A stretch of 63,297 nucleotides of DNA, the filler included, from Reclinomonas americana ATCC 50394 (Eukaryota): NCBI GenBank assembly GCA_048213135.1. It is 9 parts of 7 records of this genome, joined end to end, with 100 filler letters (N's around TTAATTAATTAA, not from the genome) between each part and the next. Parts side by side here need not be neighbours in the genome. Positions count along the whole stretch, not along the records: positions 47,089 to 53,402 come from PS015919.1; positions 53,503 to 57,567 come from AFZH01016128.1; positions 57,668 to 60,469 come from AFZH01016132.1; 6 more parts are not named here. One strand, 5' to 3'. Positions 49,601-60,569 of this stretch are shown in pieces. A program made the translations under genes and the position numbers. Under the pieces are notes generated by a model, which saw only the letters and a list, made by a program, of their open reading frames with translations, had not been told where the DNA came from and did no database searches. Within the stretch, counting starts at the first letter, position 1, and every line of letters starts with the position of its first letter.

Positions 49601-52600
49601 GTGCTCTACTGCGTTATGAGCAAACTCCTTGATTGAAAACCTGACTCGTGCCTCGGCAGATCAACCTGGTGCTCCAGTTCTCGACCGACTCAAATGGCCG
49701 ACTGCAGATGGCCATCGCATCGTGCGACAGTTCCGTTTCCCTGTCTCTCACCTCACTCCTTTCTTCCCGCCTGCCCACCCCTCTTCACTCCCCGCAGTGC
49801 ACATTGGCAATCTTGACATCCACCTGCACGGTGGCGACTCATCGTTCTACGAGGTGCAGCCGTTTCCCTCACCGCCCTACCTTCAAGAGCGACTGACTTG
49901 CACACCACACAGGCCATTGCTAAGCTGTTCAAGCCAACCATCGAGAACGTCGTCCAGGGCCAAGTGTGCAGCAACCTGACCGATCAGGTCAACTCGTTGG
50001 CCTCCACCTTTTTGTCCAAGGTCAGCAGATCTCTCTTCCTCCTCAGCGCACCCGCCTTCTCACCCCCTGTCGCAGATCCCGGTGGCAGTCCCCCTCGTCC
50101 CCAATGTCGAAATCGACTACGCGCTCGTCAAGCAAGACGCGCTGCATGCGCTGGCCGGCACGTACTGGCCGCACAGCTGCATCTATTCTGGCTCCAGCGA
50201 GCCACTGGTGCAGCAGCAGTTTGGCGACATTGGCCTGCCAAACTACACCAGGTGACAGCGAAAGAATTACTCTCATTCGCGCCCTTCCACTCAACACCAT
50301 CCCTTTTTCCCTTTCCACCACAGCTTTGACATTTCGGGTTATTACCGCGCCCCTGTGACTGGCTCGTACCAATTTTCCATCTCCTACAACCAGTGCGGTC
50401 AGCTGGATTTCAACGGGCAGAGCGTTGCGTCGCATGATAAAGAGAGCTAGGGGTGCGAATTTGTTACTGAACTGATGTTGCGCACACAGGTCGGTGGACT
50501 GGAGATGCACAACCCAGGCATGTGCTGGGTGCGCCACCGCACCGACACCACCAGCCCGCAGACGCTGCAGGGCAACCAGTTGCGGTCCTCGTGCAGCTGT
50601 TGTTGGAAGGTCGAAATCTTACTCTCCTCGCAGGTTCTATCCCATTCGCTTGCGATACCAGGCCGGCTGTGGTGGCGGCACCATTCACCTCAACGTGTGC
50701 GTGAACGGCTCGTGCTCGCCCGTCACTCCGCTCAGCGTGGCCACCAAGGTGGCGTATGGTGAGTGTGGGAGGGCCGGGAGGGAAGAGAAAAGAGAGGAGG
50801 AACCAGATTTGACATGAGAGAGATCGGTCAAGGTTTGAGGATGGAGGAGGCACTGATTGCACAGACACACCGATCAAGTGTTGAGGGTGGAGGAGAGACA
50901 TTGATTGCACGCACACTCCTATCAAGGGTTGAGGATGGAGATGCTGGTCACACGCACACATCAATCAAGGGTTGAGAGTGGAGGAGAGACGCTGGTCACA
51001 CGCACACACCGATCAAGGGTCGACGGTAGTGAGAGACACTGGTCACGCGCACGCACCGATCAAGGGTTGAGGGTTGAGGAGAGACGCAGATCTCTCGAGA
51101 ATGGAGGAGACGCTTGCTCTCCGCCATGCTCTCTCCCGTCCTCTCCCCCAAATTCTCCCCCATCCTTTCTCTTCCCCTCGCTCTTCGCCTTGCTCTTCCC
51201 CCTTGCTCTCCCCCCCTTGCTTTCCCCATTGCTTTCCCCCATTGCTTTCCCCATTGCTTTCCCCATTGCTTTCCTCATTGCTTTCCCCATTGCTTTCCCC
51301 CGATGGTCTCCCCCATTGCTCTCCCCCATGCTCTCCCCCGATGGTCTCCCCCATTGCTCTCCCCCATTGCTTGCCCCCTCTCCCCTATGCTCTCCCCCAT
51401 CCTCTCCCCCTTTCCCCCTTTCCCTCTTTCCCCCTTTCCCCCCATCCTCTCCTTCATCCTCTCCCCCATCCTCTCTCCCATCCTCTCTCCCATCCTCTCT
51501 CCCATTCATTCCCCTTCCCCTTTCCCACCTTCCCTTCCCCCTTCCCCCTTCTGCCCTTCCCCCTTCTCTTCCCCCTTATCCTTCCCCTTTCTTTGCGCAG
51601 ACTTCCCCTTCGTCGTCGAAGACTCCTACATCGAAACGGAGAGCCACATGGAGATCTACGCCCTTCCCTCACGCCCCGACTGCCCCGCCCCCACGCACCA
51701 GCTCCCCGACGCCCCCTCCACCACCGAGCCGATGATGGAGATTGCCCTCGACGACTATGTTGCGCGCCATCTCCGCCTTACCTTCCGGTCTCTTTCATCG
51801 CTCACCCTCCTCCGCAGATCATCAACTCGGCCGGTTTTGCATTCAACCAGGCGCAATACCTCGAGTACCTGTTCACCCCCGACAACCTGCCCTCCGACAT
51901 TCCCATCAAGCTCAACACCACCTGGTGGCGCTACCTCATTCCCGGCCTCTATCACCAATTCCCCAACGCCGCAATGGAGGTGCTGGTGTACCAGGACAGC
52001 ACGCCCTCGGCCTCCATCTCACCCAGTGGACTCTCCGCCTCCATGCACTCGATGGTCAACGTGTCGGTGCTGGCCGGCTCGCCCGAGCCACGACCGACGG
52101 CGGCGCTGCAGTTCGAGTTGCTGCTGGCCGCCGCCGGCATCTCGGTCGCCGTGCAGAATGACGCGCTGACGGCACACATTGGTGCAGTGACTTTTGATTT
52201 GTCGTTGCGCTGGTCCCTTGTGCCGGCCTTCAACGTTAGCGTGTTGGATGCGCTGCTCGACAGCTTGCTGGAGCATGTCGCCGTGCCGTTGCGTTTTTTT
52301 GTGAGGACAGGAGTCGACGCCCAACAAGAGCTCATGGATGGTGTGATGCAGATTCGCCAATGCGGCGCTGGCGCGCGGTATTCCGCTGCACGCGGTCAAC
52401 GGCCTCAATCTCGTCAACCCGCAAGTGCAGTTCCAAAACGGATACCTGAACATCCAGACCGACTTTTCGTATCAACCATCGGCGGCACTCGCCGCCAAAC
52501 GGCAGCTGCGAGAAGGCGAACGAGTGCTGGTGCTCGACGACGACGACGACAATGATCGTGACGATAATGTCGTTGGAGTGCTGCTGCGCGGAGCAGACGA

Positions 52601-52607
52601 ACACTGA
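46659..52607 (+). CDS. Secreted BPI/LBP/CETP-family lipid-binding protein with an internally inserted PA14/GLEYA-like domain; multi-exon
   Basis: Signal peptide, then KFTQRGIQE. BPI-N CDMHIGNLDIHLHGGDSSFY..IENVVQGQVC..EIDYALV. BPI-C MMEIALDDYIINSAGFAF..IKLNTTWWRYLIPGLYHQFPN..FANAALARGIPL..LVNPQVQFQNGYLNIQTDF. Insert at about 50140-50760. Confidence 0.85.
48750..49607 (+). repeat. (CTCTG/CTGTG)n pentanucleotide satellite in a BPI intron
   Basis: About 860 bp of CTCTG, CTGTG and TTCTG units with an internal higher-order duplication. It is the source of the spurious CSALL ORFs. Confidence 0.95.
50815..51085 (+). repeat. ~47-bp minisatellite in a BPI intron
   Basis: About six imperfect copies of CACACCGATCAAGGGTTGAGGGTGGAGGAGAGAC. 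Confidence 0.85.
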
Positions 52608-52982
52608 ACGAATTTCGGGGAAAATGTATACCAAGAGTTGCGGGAAGCGAGCAACGACACAGCGGGGATCAGAAACACATACATGCACACACACAGAGAG
52701 ATACAAACAAGGAGAGCACGTGGACTTTTCCTCAATCGCCAGAGGAGACGACAACAAAAAACAACAAACTCGCGGCAGAGCTCACAGACTGAAACTACTG
52801 CCATTCCAGACGCACGGCACTCGGACCGCGCCACATCCAACACGCTCAAATTGTGCTCACAAGAGAGGGAGAAAATGGAAAGAGAGGCACTACGAAGCAA
52901 CAGCAAAACACAACACACACATGTGAGGAAATAAAAACGAAGGAACCACGAGAGGGCTCTAAAAAAGTGAAAAACGCGCTGA

Positions 52983-53295
52983 TCACAGAGCGACCGTGCG
53001 AGCCCGCTGCGAACAGACAAAGTGAGCTTCTTTCGTCAACCGTAGAACGAGAGGAGTGCAAAACACACCTTGAATTCACGCAGTGAGCGCAATGCGGTGC
53101 CCAAAAAGTCGTTCCACGTCACCCGCCCGCCAATGTGTGGCACCGCCTGTGAGAATGCAGTGCAGTTCTCCTCCGAGTACGAACGGCCCTGGAACACTTG
53201 CAAAATGTTGCCGACCACCGACATGGGCACAACGTCGCCGCGCTCCCGATCAAACGACACGAACGAGTTGCGCAGGCGCGCAATGAGGGCCAGCT
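52983..53295 (-). CDS. 3' fragment of an EF-hand-like (calmodulin-fold) protein
   Basis: Exon LRNSFVSFDRERGDVVPMSVVGNILQVF..GRVTWNDFL, spliced to RARTVAL-TGA. The upstream part is in the gap. Confidence 0.55.
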
Positions 53296-53799
53296 GTGGA
53301 GCGAGTGAGAAAAGGGATACAAATAACAAACAAGTGTCTGCTCCCTCCTCTTCGACCTCTCCTCGCTCAGCGTGCTCTCCCCTACCGCTCTCTCTCTCTC
53401 TCNNNNNNNNNNNNNNNNNNNNNNNNNNNNNNNNNNNNNNNNNNNNTTAATTAATTAANNNNNNNNNNNNNNNNNNNNNNNNNNNNNNNNNNNNNNNNNN
53501 NNCGCCGATCCATTACACCCCGCCTCGCTGGTAAGCTTGACATGCACACGCACACGCATGTGTACGCACGCACACACACGTTGCAGCGCGATGAGCGAGG
53601 GCGGCGAGAGAGTGCGTTGGCGATGATCGGGATCTTGCACGCACACACACACACGCGCGCGCGCGCGCGCCCTTGCTCACTGCAGGCACGTACGTGAGCA
53701 CGATAGAGATGCAGCACGCGCACACGTACAGGAAGGGGAGGCGAGAGACAACGACATGCAGCAAACGAGTGACACTGATTTGCTTTCCGATTTGTGCAG

Positions 53800-56339
53800 G
53801 CGGTGAGTGTGCTGACGGAGCTCATTGACGAGGCGTGTCGCGAGGTTGCCTTGCAGTGTCACAAGGCGAGTCGGTTAGGCACGCTGGACTCGTCGCCAAC
53901 CGCAGCACCGCTCATGAATGGAGGAAACGACAGTGCAGTTCCGTCAACCCTTGCGCGCACACACTTGACCCTTTTTGTGTCTGTACTCATGACACACACG
54001 CGCGCGCGCTGCGACAGACTGCTGTGTCGTCGATGGAAGTGGAAGATGCCTCCAATGGAGTTGTCTCTGTGGCGGGCGAAGAGGGCGACGACAAAGATGA
54101 CGATGATGATGAAGATGATGATGATGCGGCGGTGTCGCGGCATCGCGCGAACGGTGTTGTCGCGGAGTCGGGTTCGCGTGCGGGCGCGCTGGCAGTGAGC
54201 TATCCGAGTCGGCAGGCGCTGGCCAGGCGGAAGGCGCGAGAGAATGCAGTCAATCGCACGCTGTTGTTGAGGTGTGCTACGCTGTTGCTATCGTCGGCCT
54301 CGCAACTGATTCGCGCGTGACAAGTAAGTGTGTGTGTGCGTGTGCACAGACATCCGCTGGCTGTGTGGCAGCATGAGAATGAAGTGACGACTGCGGCAGC
54401 AGCCGCGGCAGCAGCAGCAGCGGCGGCGGAGGCGGCGGCGACGGCCGCAGCTGCGACTCTTGCTGTGGAAGAGATGCCAGGTGCGGTTGTCGACGAAGCT
54501 TCTGTGGATGTGTTGATGCCGCTGGTGTTGGGACCACCGGCGCCGCCGACACGAGGTCGTCCGAAAGGGCGACCGCGAACTCGTGGTCGTGGCGCTGCAA
54601 ATGTGGCTCAGCCGCGTGGTCGTGGCCGCAAGCGTGGTGGTGCTGCTTCTGGTGGTGGCGCAGGTGGTGGATTGTTTGTCGGTGCCGACATGATGGAAGT
54701 GGCGACCGCAGCCGCGCCCATGGATGGCACGGCGAGTGTGAAACGGAAAAAGGCTGTACAATGGTTGTCGTCTGATGAAGAGTCGGCGAGTGGTGCTGCA
54801 GAAGAGGCCACGTTGCGTTTCCGTTCGTGTGGCGCGCGCAGCGTGTGAAGGCGCTGACATTTGTCTATTGTGTCGTGCAGCAAATCAAACACGGTGACGT
54901 GCCCAGTGTGTAACCGGGCAGTCAGCGCGCTACGCTTTGCGCCGCATCTCGAAAAGTGCTTGGCCGGCGGCGGCCGGCAGTCGAGCCGAAGAGCTGCCGC
55001 GCGGTGAGCACAATAATTACATGGCCCCTTTGCGTGCATTATGTGTGTGTCGCTCATCCATCATGTGACGCAGGTTATCCGAGTTGGCACGTCGCAATCG
55101 GGAGCCATCGCCGACGCTGGATGCAGAAATGATGGCGGTGGTGGACGACGGAGAGTTCATGCTGGAGGATCGCTCCACTCCAGCGCCGCCTCCACCACCA
55201 CCACCAATGCCACCTGCTGCTGCTGCTGCTGCTGTGCGTGCTCGCCCGGCTCGCACCTCGGCGGCGCCACAACGGCAGTACGAGTACGTTGACGACTATG
55301 ATGATGACGAACCGATCTCGTCGTCGCCGGTGGACCCCGACAACGACGACGATGTGGTGGAGGTGGGTGCGTGGCCGTCGTCGATTGCACACCGGCATCG
55401 AGCGCCAGGAATTGTCTCCGCTGTCACCACCACCACCACAACAACGACGACGACGACGACTGCAATGGCAACGTCTGTGGCAGCATCGCCAGCAATGGTG
55501 CCACCTGCGGCCTCTGCGGCTCCTGGGCAGGGACGGAGCATTTTGCGACTGCGAGTCGTGTCGTCTTCGGCGCAAGCAGCGTCGGCAACCGCGCACGACA
55601 ACAGTGACGACGATCTTGACGAGGATGAGGATGAGGACGATGAAGAGGACGACGGCGACGAAGATGAGGACGAGGAAGAGGACGATGGAGGAGATGAGGA
55701 AGTGGACGAAGAGGAAGACGACGATGGCGAGGACGACGGGTATAATGGTGGCGTAGGTGGCGGCGGCGGCAGTGGTGGTGGTGGCGGTGGTGGTGGTGGT
55801 GGTGGCAGTGAGGGTCACAGGAATCGGGGCCACAATGGCAACACCGGGTACGAACAGTACGACGACGAAGAGGAGGAGGATGAGGAGGCGAGCGATGGTG
55901 GCCACCGGAATGGCGGAGGTGGCCACGGAGGGCGTCAGCGACATCACCGACTGTCACATATTATTAACGGAGGAGACGGTCAGTTGATGGTGGCGTCGGT
56001 CGACATTGTGCATGAGAGCGACGGCGAGCGTGGTGAGCTTGCTTCCGATAGGTGTCGCGCTGTCTACCCTGCATCTCACACTTTTCTTTGGTTTTCGCGT
56101 TGCGCAGCCGACAAGTATTATGCGAGGAAGCGTGCACGAGAGGGTCTGTCTGCTTGCCATTGTGTTGCTGATGATGTGTGAGGCTCACAAGCTGTGGCAA
56201 CGTGCGTGCAGATGGCGGTGCGAAGGGAGAAATGGACGACGAGCGGTGGCAGCGGAGGAAAAGGAAGGTGTGCAGGGCGCCCTCGCGCTCTCTCTCGCCA
56301 AACATCATCCGCTACAATGAAACAAGCATTCTACGGTAA
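53800..56339 (+). CDS. SGF11: Sgf11/ATXN7L3-like SAGA deubiquitinase-module subunit, greatly expanded; multi-exon, ends uncertain
   Basis: N-terminal helix LTELIDEACREVALQCHKASRLG. Zinc-finger exon at about 54880-55003 reads VTCPVCNRAVSALRFAPHLEKCLAGGGRQSSRRAAAR, matching the Sgf11 C-x2-C..RFAxHLEKC motif. Confidence 0.85.
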
Positions 56340-57074
56340 TGGGGGTCGCGAAGACGGCGGCAGAGGTCGCAGGCCGTAATCCAGCGAATTTCCACGCAGC
56401 GAGTCCGTGCCGAGTGAGTGCGACAGAGAGGAGGGATGCAGAAGGTCGGGTGTGCCAACGGTCAGCGACTGCGGACCGTGCGACGACGAGGAGGCGGCGG
56501 TGGTCGGCGATGCCATAGTGTCGGCGTCGCTGAAGAGATGCTCCACATCGCTCGGCGCGACATCCTCGCTGACGTCGAACAGGGATCGGCAGTGCTTCTA
56601 CGTAGAGAGAGGAGAGAGAAAGAGTGAGAAGCGTGAGAGAGAAAGAGAGAGAGAGAACAACAGTGCAGACGAACCACCACTTGCTGGTAGATTTTGCGCA
56701 AGTGCTGACTGGCGCCGGCAAAGAACGAGAACAATATCAGCAGCGACTGCAACGAAGCGGTGTCAGCGGTAGCGTCGCACGAACAGCAGCAGCAGCACAC
56801 AGCGCACCTGATCAGCCTCGCACACCCGCAACGAGAACTTGAGCGAGGTCGACGGAAAAAAGCACTTCCAACCTGTCACGCACGAGTCAGCACACGACAA
56901 AGGCAAAGACACGCTCAACGTACGTGTGTGTGTGTGTACACACGAACCTGCCAGTGCGCCGGTGGGCGTCCGTCGCCGCCGGCAGTGCACACCGAAACTC
57001 GATAACTCTTGCAGAATGAATGCCTCGCCGTGCTCCAGTGTGTACGGAACGCCCGGTTTTTCTCGTATTCTCAT
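56331..57074 (-). CDS. Hypothetical protein, 3' exons
   Basis: Short GT-AG-bounded coding-like segments ending KHCRSLFDVSEDVAPSDVEHLFSDADT..RPPLP-TAG. No domain recognised, and the upstream frame is uncertain. Confidence 0.4.
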
Positions 57075-57144
57075 CTGCACGACACACAAGCAGGGGGTGA
57101 GCGAGGTGGAGACGGGAGGGCAAAAGTAAAAAAAAAAACAAAGA

Positions 57145-57218
57145 TGAGAGCAGCCGGATTCGAACCGACGAATGCTGGAACCTAACTCCAGTGCGTTAAA
57201 CCACTTCGCCACGCTCTC
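57145..57218 (-). tRNA. tRNA with anticodon UAG (Leu by anticodon), 74 nt, short 5-nt variable loop
   Basis: GAGAGCG TG GCG AAGTGGTTTAA CGC A CTGGA GTTAGGT TCCAG CATTC GTCGG TTCGAAT CCGGC TGCTCTC A. Full cloverleaf, A and B boxes, G15-C48, A73, and a downstream T-run Pol III terminator. Confidence 0.93.
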
Positions 57219-57667
57219 AGGCACCAAACAACCAGCGAGACTTTCCCCATGGCTATTCTGCCCTCCACCGCGTAATCTCTTCTCGCTTCCTGTGCACTCA
57301 CGCAGCCTGCTGTCCGCACCAACACCTCTCTCCCCTCTCTCCCACACTTACGCACACGCCTGCGGACGTGCATTTGGACAATCACGTCCGGTTTCTGCGT
57401 CTAAAAAGAATGTGCATGCAGTGTTGCCACGAGAGAGGGCGAGAAGGTGGGAGGGGCGTCGAGGAGAAAGAAAGAAAGAAAGGTAGAAATGCACAATAAG
57501 GGCAATTCTGACACATGAAGGGCGGAACACAGATATCGAGACAAGTCCATTTCTGGGCACACCCAAGNNNNNNNNNNNNNNNNNNNNNNNNNNNNNNNNN
57601 NNNNNNNNNNNTTAATTAATTAANNNNNNNNNNNNNNNNNNNNNNNNNNNNNNNNNNNNNNNNNNNN

Positions 57668-60245
57668 GTTTGACATGTCGCTGGCCGACGACAGGAAGCG
57701 ACGTCGGCCGCCCGAGTACGATCGCCGTCCACTCCGAGCTGTTGTGGCGGTGGCGGTGTCGGCGCCGGTGCTGGCGGCGCCATTCGCATTGTCCTCGGTT
57801 TCCACGGGATATGACAACTCGCGGTGTCTGTCACGCTGACGATCAGAAACGAAACGCGATGAATGCACACGCACGAACATAAAAGACGCAACACTGGCGA
57901 GAACTGCGAGTCCGTATCGTCGTCGTCTGTGGTCTCGTCGCCGAGCTCCGACAAGTCGTGCACCGACGGGAACTGACCCCACGAGCTGTGAATCTTCATG
58001 CGACGGCGGGCGTCGGGCGACATGCATTGCAGCGCCCTGCGCAGACAGTCGTGCAGTGTCCGCTCGATCGCAAATTGTGTTTCCAGATACGAGAACTCTG
58101 CTCCTGCATCACTCAGCAAGCCACGAAAAGATCAAAAGGGGACACGCTTGAAAGTGAGAACGCAACTTGGCCAGGTGTTGCGCTGGCCCACCATGATGTT
58201 GCGTCGAATGTCCTCGACAGTGGGATTGGAGAGGATGTTCAAGTAGTCGCGCAGCATCATCTTGGGCACAATCGTGCAGTCGCCCTCGTACTTTTGCGTG
58301 ATGAGCGGCTGCAGCCATGAGAACACCGACGGCATGAGGTTGTACTCGAACAGCTGCGCAGCAATAGGATCAGTGCCCGCAGAAAACAAACTTGCGTGTG
58401 TGTGCACGCAGTGCGAAGAACCTGCAACAGTCGATGTCTGATCTCGCTGAGCGCCCAGTGTTGTACGCGACCCAAGAACGTGCGTCGTTTTGGCGTGTGC
58501 ATGGCCGACGACGACAGGAACGGAATCACGTGCGGGTTGACTTGCGAGACGACAAAATGCTACACACGGTCATTGTCAGCAGCTAGTGTAGTGTGCTTGT
58601 GCACGCCACACGCAACGTTGACATTGAACAGCTCGCTGAGACGGGCCATGGGCAGGTCGGCCTCCACGGAACCGTCGGCCCAGTGCACCTCTGCGATGCG
58701 CAGTGAGTCGCGAAACAATAAGAGCTGTGTGCGCGCGAACCAAAAAAACAAACCAAGAGAGTGGTGCGGCACGATTTGGCCCTCCTCGTCCTTGGCGTAC
58801 AGCGACACGGGTGCGAACACGCCCGGAATGGCACAGCTGGCCGAGGCGGCACTCCATACCAACACATTGGGTGCGGTGAGATAATTCAGCAAGCACGGCA
58901 TCGAGTGCTTCGAGGTCGGCGACACGGTGATGTTGAGCACACGCCCTGAACGCTCGTACGCCTCACGGAAGGTGTAGTCGCCCACATTGGCACGAATGCA
59001 CTCGGTGAGTTTGTTGACGTCCATGAGCACACCCTACGACGACGGTCAGGAGAGGGAACGCCTTGAGAAGATGGGAAAGGTAAACACCTGCGAGAGCAAG
59101 CGGTGAAGACGCCGGCGAAACGAGCCGGGCTCCAGTCGGCGGAACACGTCCAGCTTCAGCTTGTCGGGCACAAACAAGTCGCCGATCTCACGATCGGATT
59201 TCGTGCAAAACAGCGACGCCACAATGGCACCAGCACTCGAGCCACTCCACACTCGCGGCAGCAGTGCGGCCTCGTACAACGCCTTGACCACTCCCTGCAC
59301 AACACATCAGCCGCCCTTCCGTTTTCCGCACGCACTGGCCACACACTTACCAAATGATACATGCCAAACGACGATCCACCCGACAACAACAACGCCGTGC
59401 ACCCGTACGCATGCGCTGTCTCCCGAAAGAAGGCGATCTTCTGGTGGTGCGTGAACGTCGACCCAAAGTCGCTGACCAGGATCATCTCCAACGCCGAGCA
59501 CACCTGCCACCACACGTGTCACACACTCTCAATCGTCGCCGCCGGAGTTGACCTGCATGAACAGACCTCGCGAACATACTGCTCAATGAGCTGCTTGGAG
59601 CCCACCAGTGCCTTCTCGTGCAACTCGGCACGCCCAATGCCCGCCAGTCCACGAATGAGGCCTGCGCACACCAGTCTGTCACAGAGAGCGAGAGACAGAG
59701 AGAGAAGAGCACAGTCTGCTCACCTGCGCGAAGCTCCCACACCAGTGCCTTTACGTTGCGCATCTTGCGGAGGTGTTGCAATCGCTGGAGAGTGTGCTTG
59801 ATCAGGTTGAAGTCGTACTTGTCGGAGTCGGCGCGAAGCTTCCAGTACGTGTGGCCTGATGAGCACTTCTGAGTGAGTTGTGTGGTGTGCGTGCATGTGT
59901 GTGCTGTGCCCTGTGTGTGCTGTGTGACTTGCCATTCGCGTCATCCAACTGCACAGCAATCGCCTTCCACTCTTCGTAGGTGGCGGCATCCTTCAGTTTG
60001 CTCTGCAACTCGGCGCGTGTGTCGCGAAACAGTCGCCATTCGCCATAGAAGAACTGCATGAGAGAGTGTGAGTGTGAGTGTGTGAGAGAGACGGTGTGTG
60101 TGTGTGTGTGACACAACGCAACAGCAAAGAAGCCAAACACACTGCGAATGATGCGCATGAGCAAGGCGAGTAGGCCGTGCCATAGAACGACTGGAACATG
60201 AAGGACGCGTGTGGCCACTGCACGGGTGCTGCTTGCCACAGACAT
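57668..60245 (-). CDS. Patatin-like triacylglycerol lipase (SDP1/TGL4 family with DUF3336 N-terminus); 3' end in gap
   Basis: ATYEEWKAIAVQLD, YGCTALLLSGGSSFGMYHLGVVKAL, GSSAG nucleophile motif, TFREAYERSGRVLNITVS, LLNYLTAPNVLVWSAASASCA, WADGSVEADLP, FNVNHFVVSQVNPH. Confidence 0.95.
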
Positions 60246-60288
60246 GGCCAGTCACCGCTCTCCTTAGAAGAAGCCGGAGTTGTGTTTA

Positions 60289-60469
60289 TTAGTTGTCTTC
60301 TTCTTCGTCGTCCTGCATCCATGTTCCAAGGACTTCGCGAAGCGGCCGCGGTGCACGACGACGCTTGGAGCGTGAACATGGTCGGAGCGACGGTATCGAT
60401 GATGGTGCCTTTGGTGGAGCAGGCGGTGGCGGAGGAGGCGGTGGAGGAGGCAGCGGAGGCAGTGATATT
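60289..60469 (-). CDS. Possible 3' end of an upstream gene (polyproline then acidic C-terminus)
   Basis: Open frame ISLPPLPPPPPPPPPAPPKAP..WMQDDEEEDN-TAA directly after the gap. It may belong to the STAND-like gene. Confidence 0.4.
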
Positions 60470-60569
60470 NNNNNNNNNNNNNNNNNNNNNNNNNNNNNNN
60501 NNNNNNNNNNNNNTTAATTAATTAANNNNNNNNNNNNNNNNNNNNNNNNNNNNNNNNNNNNNNNNNNNN

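Noticed and set aside
48705..49636. Long Cys-rich ORFs (CSALL repeats)
   Set aside because: These are translations of an intronic pentanucleotide satellite.
57182..57188. Reading the tRNA anticodon as UUA (ochre suppressor)
   Set aside because: The 7-nt loop places U33 before UAG, and TAA is used as a normal stop in FBPase.
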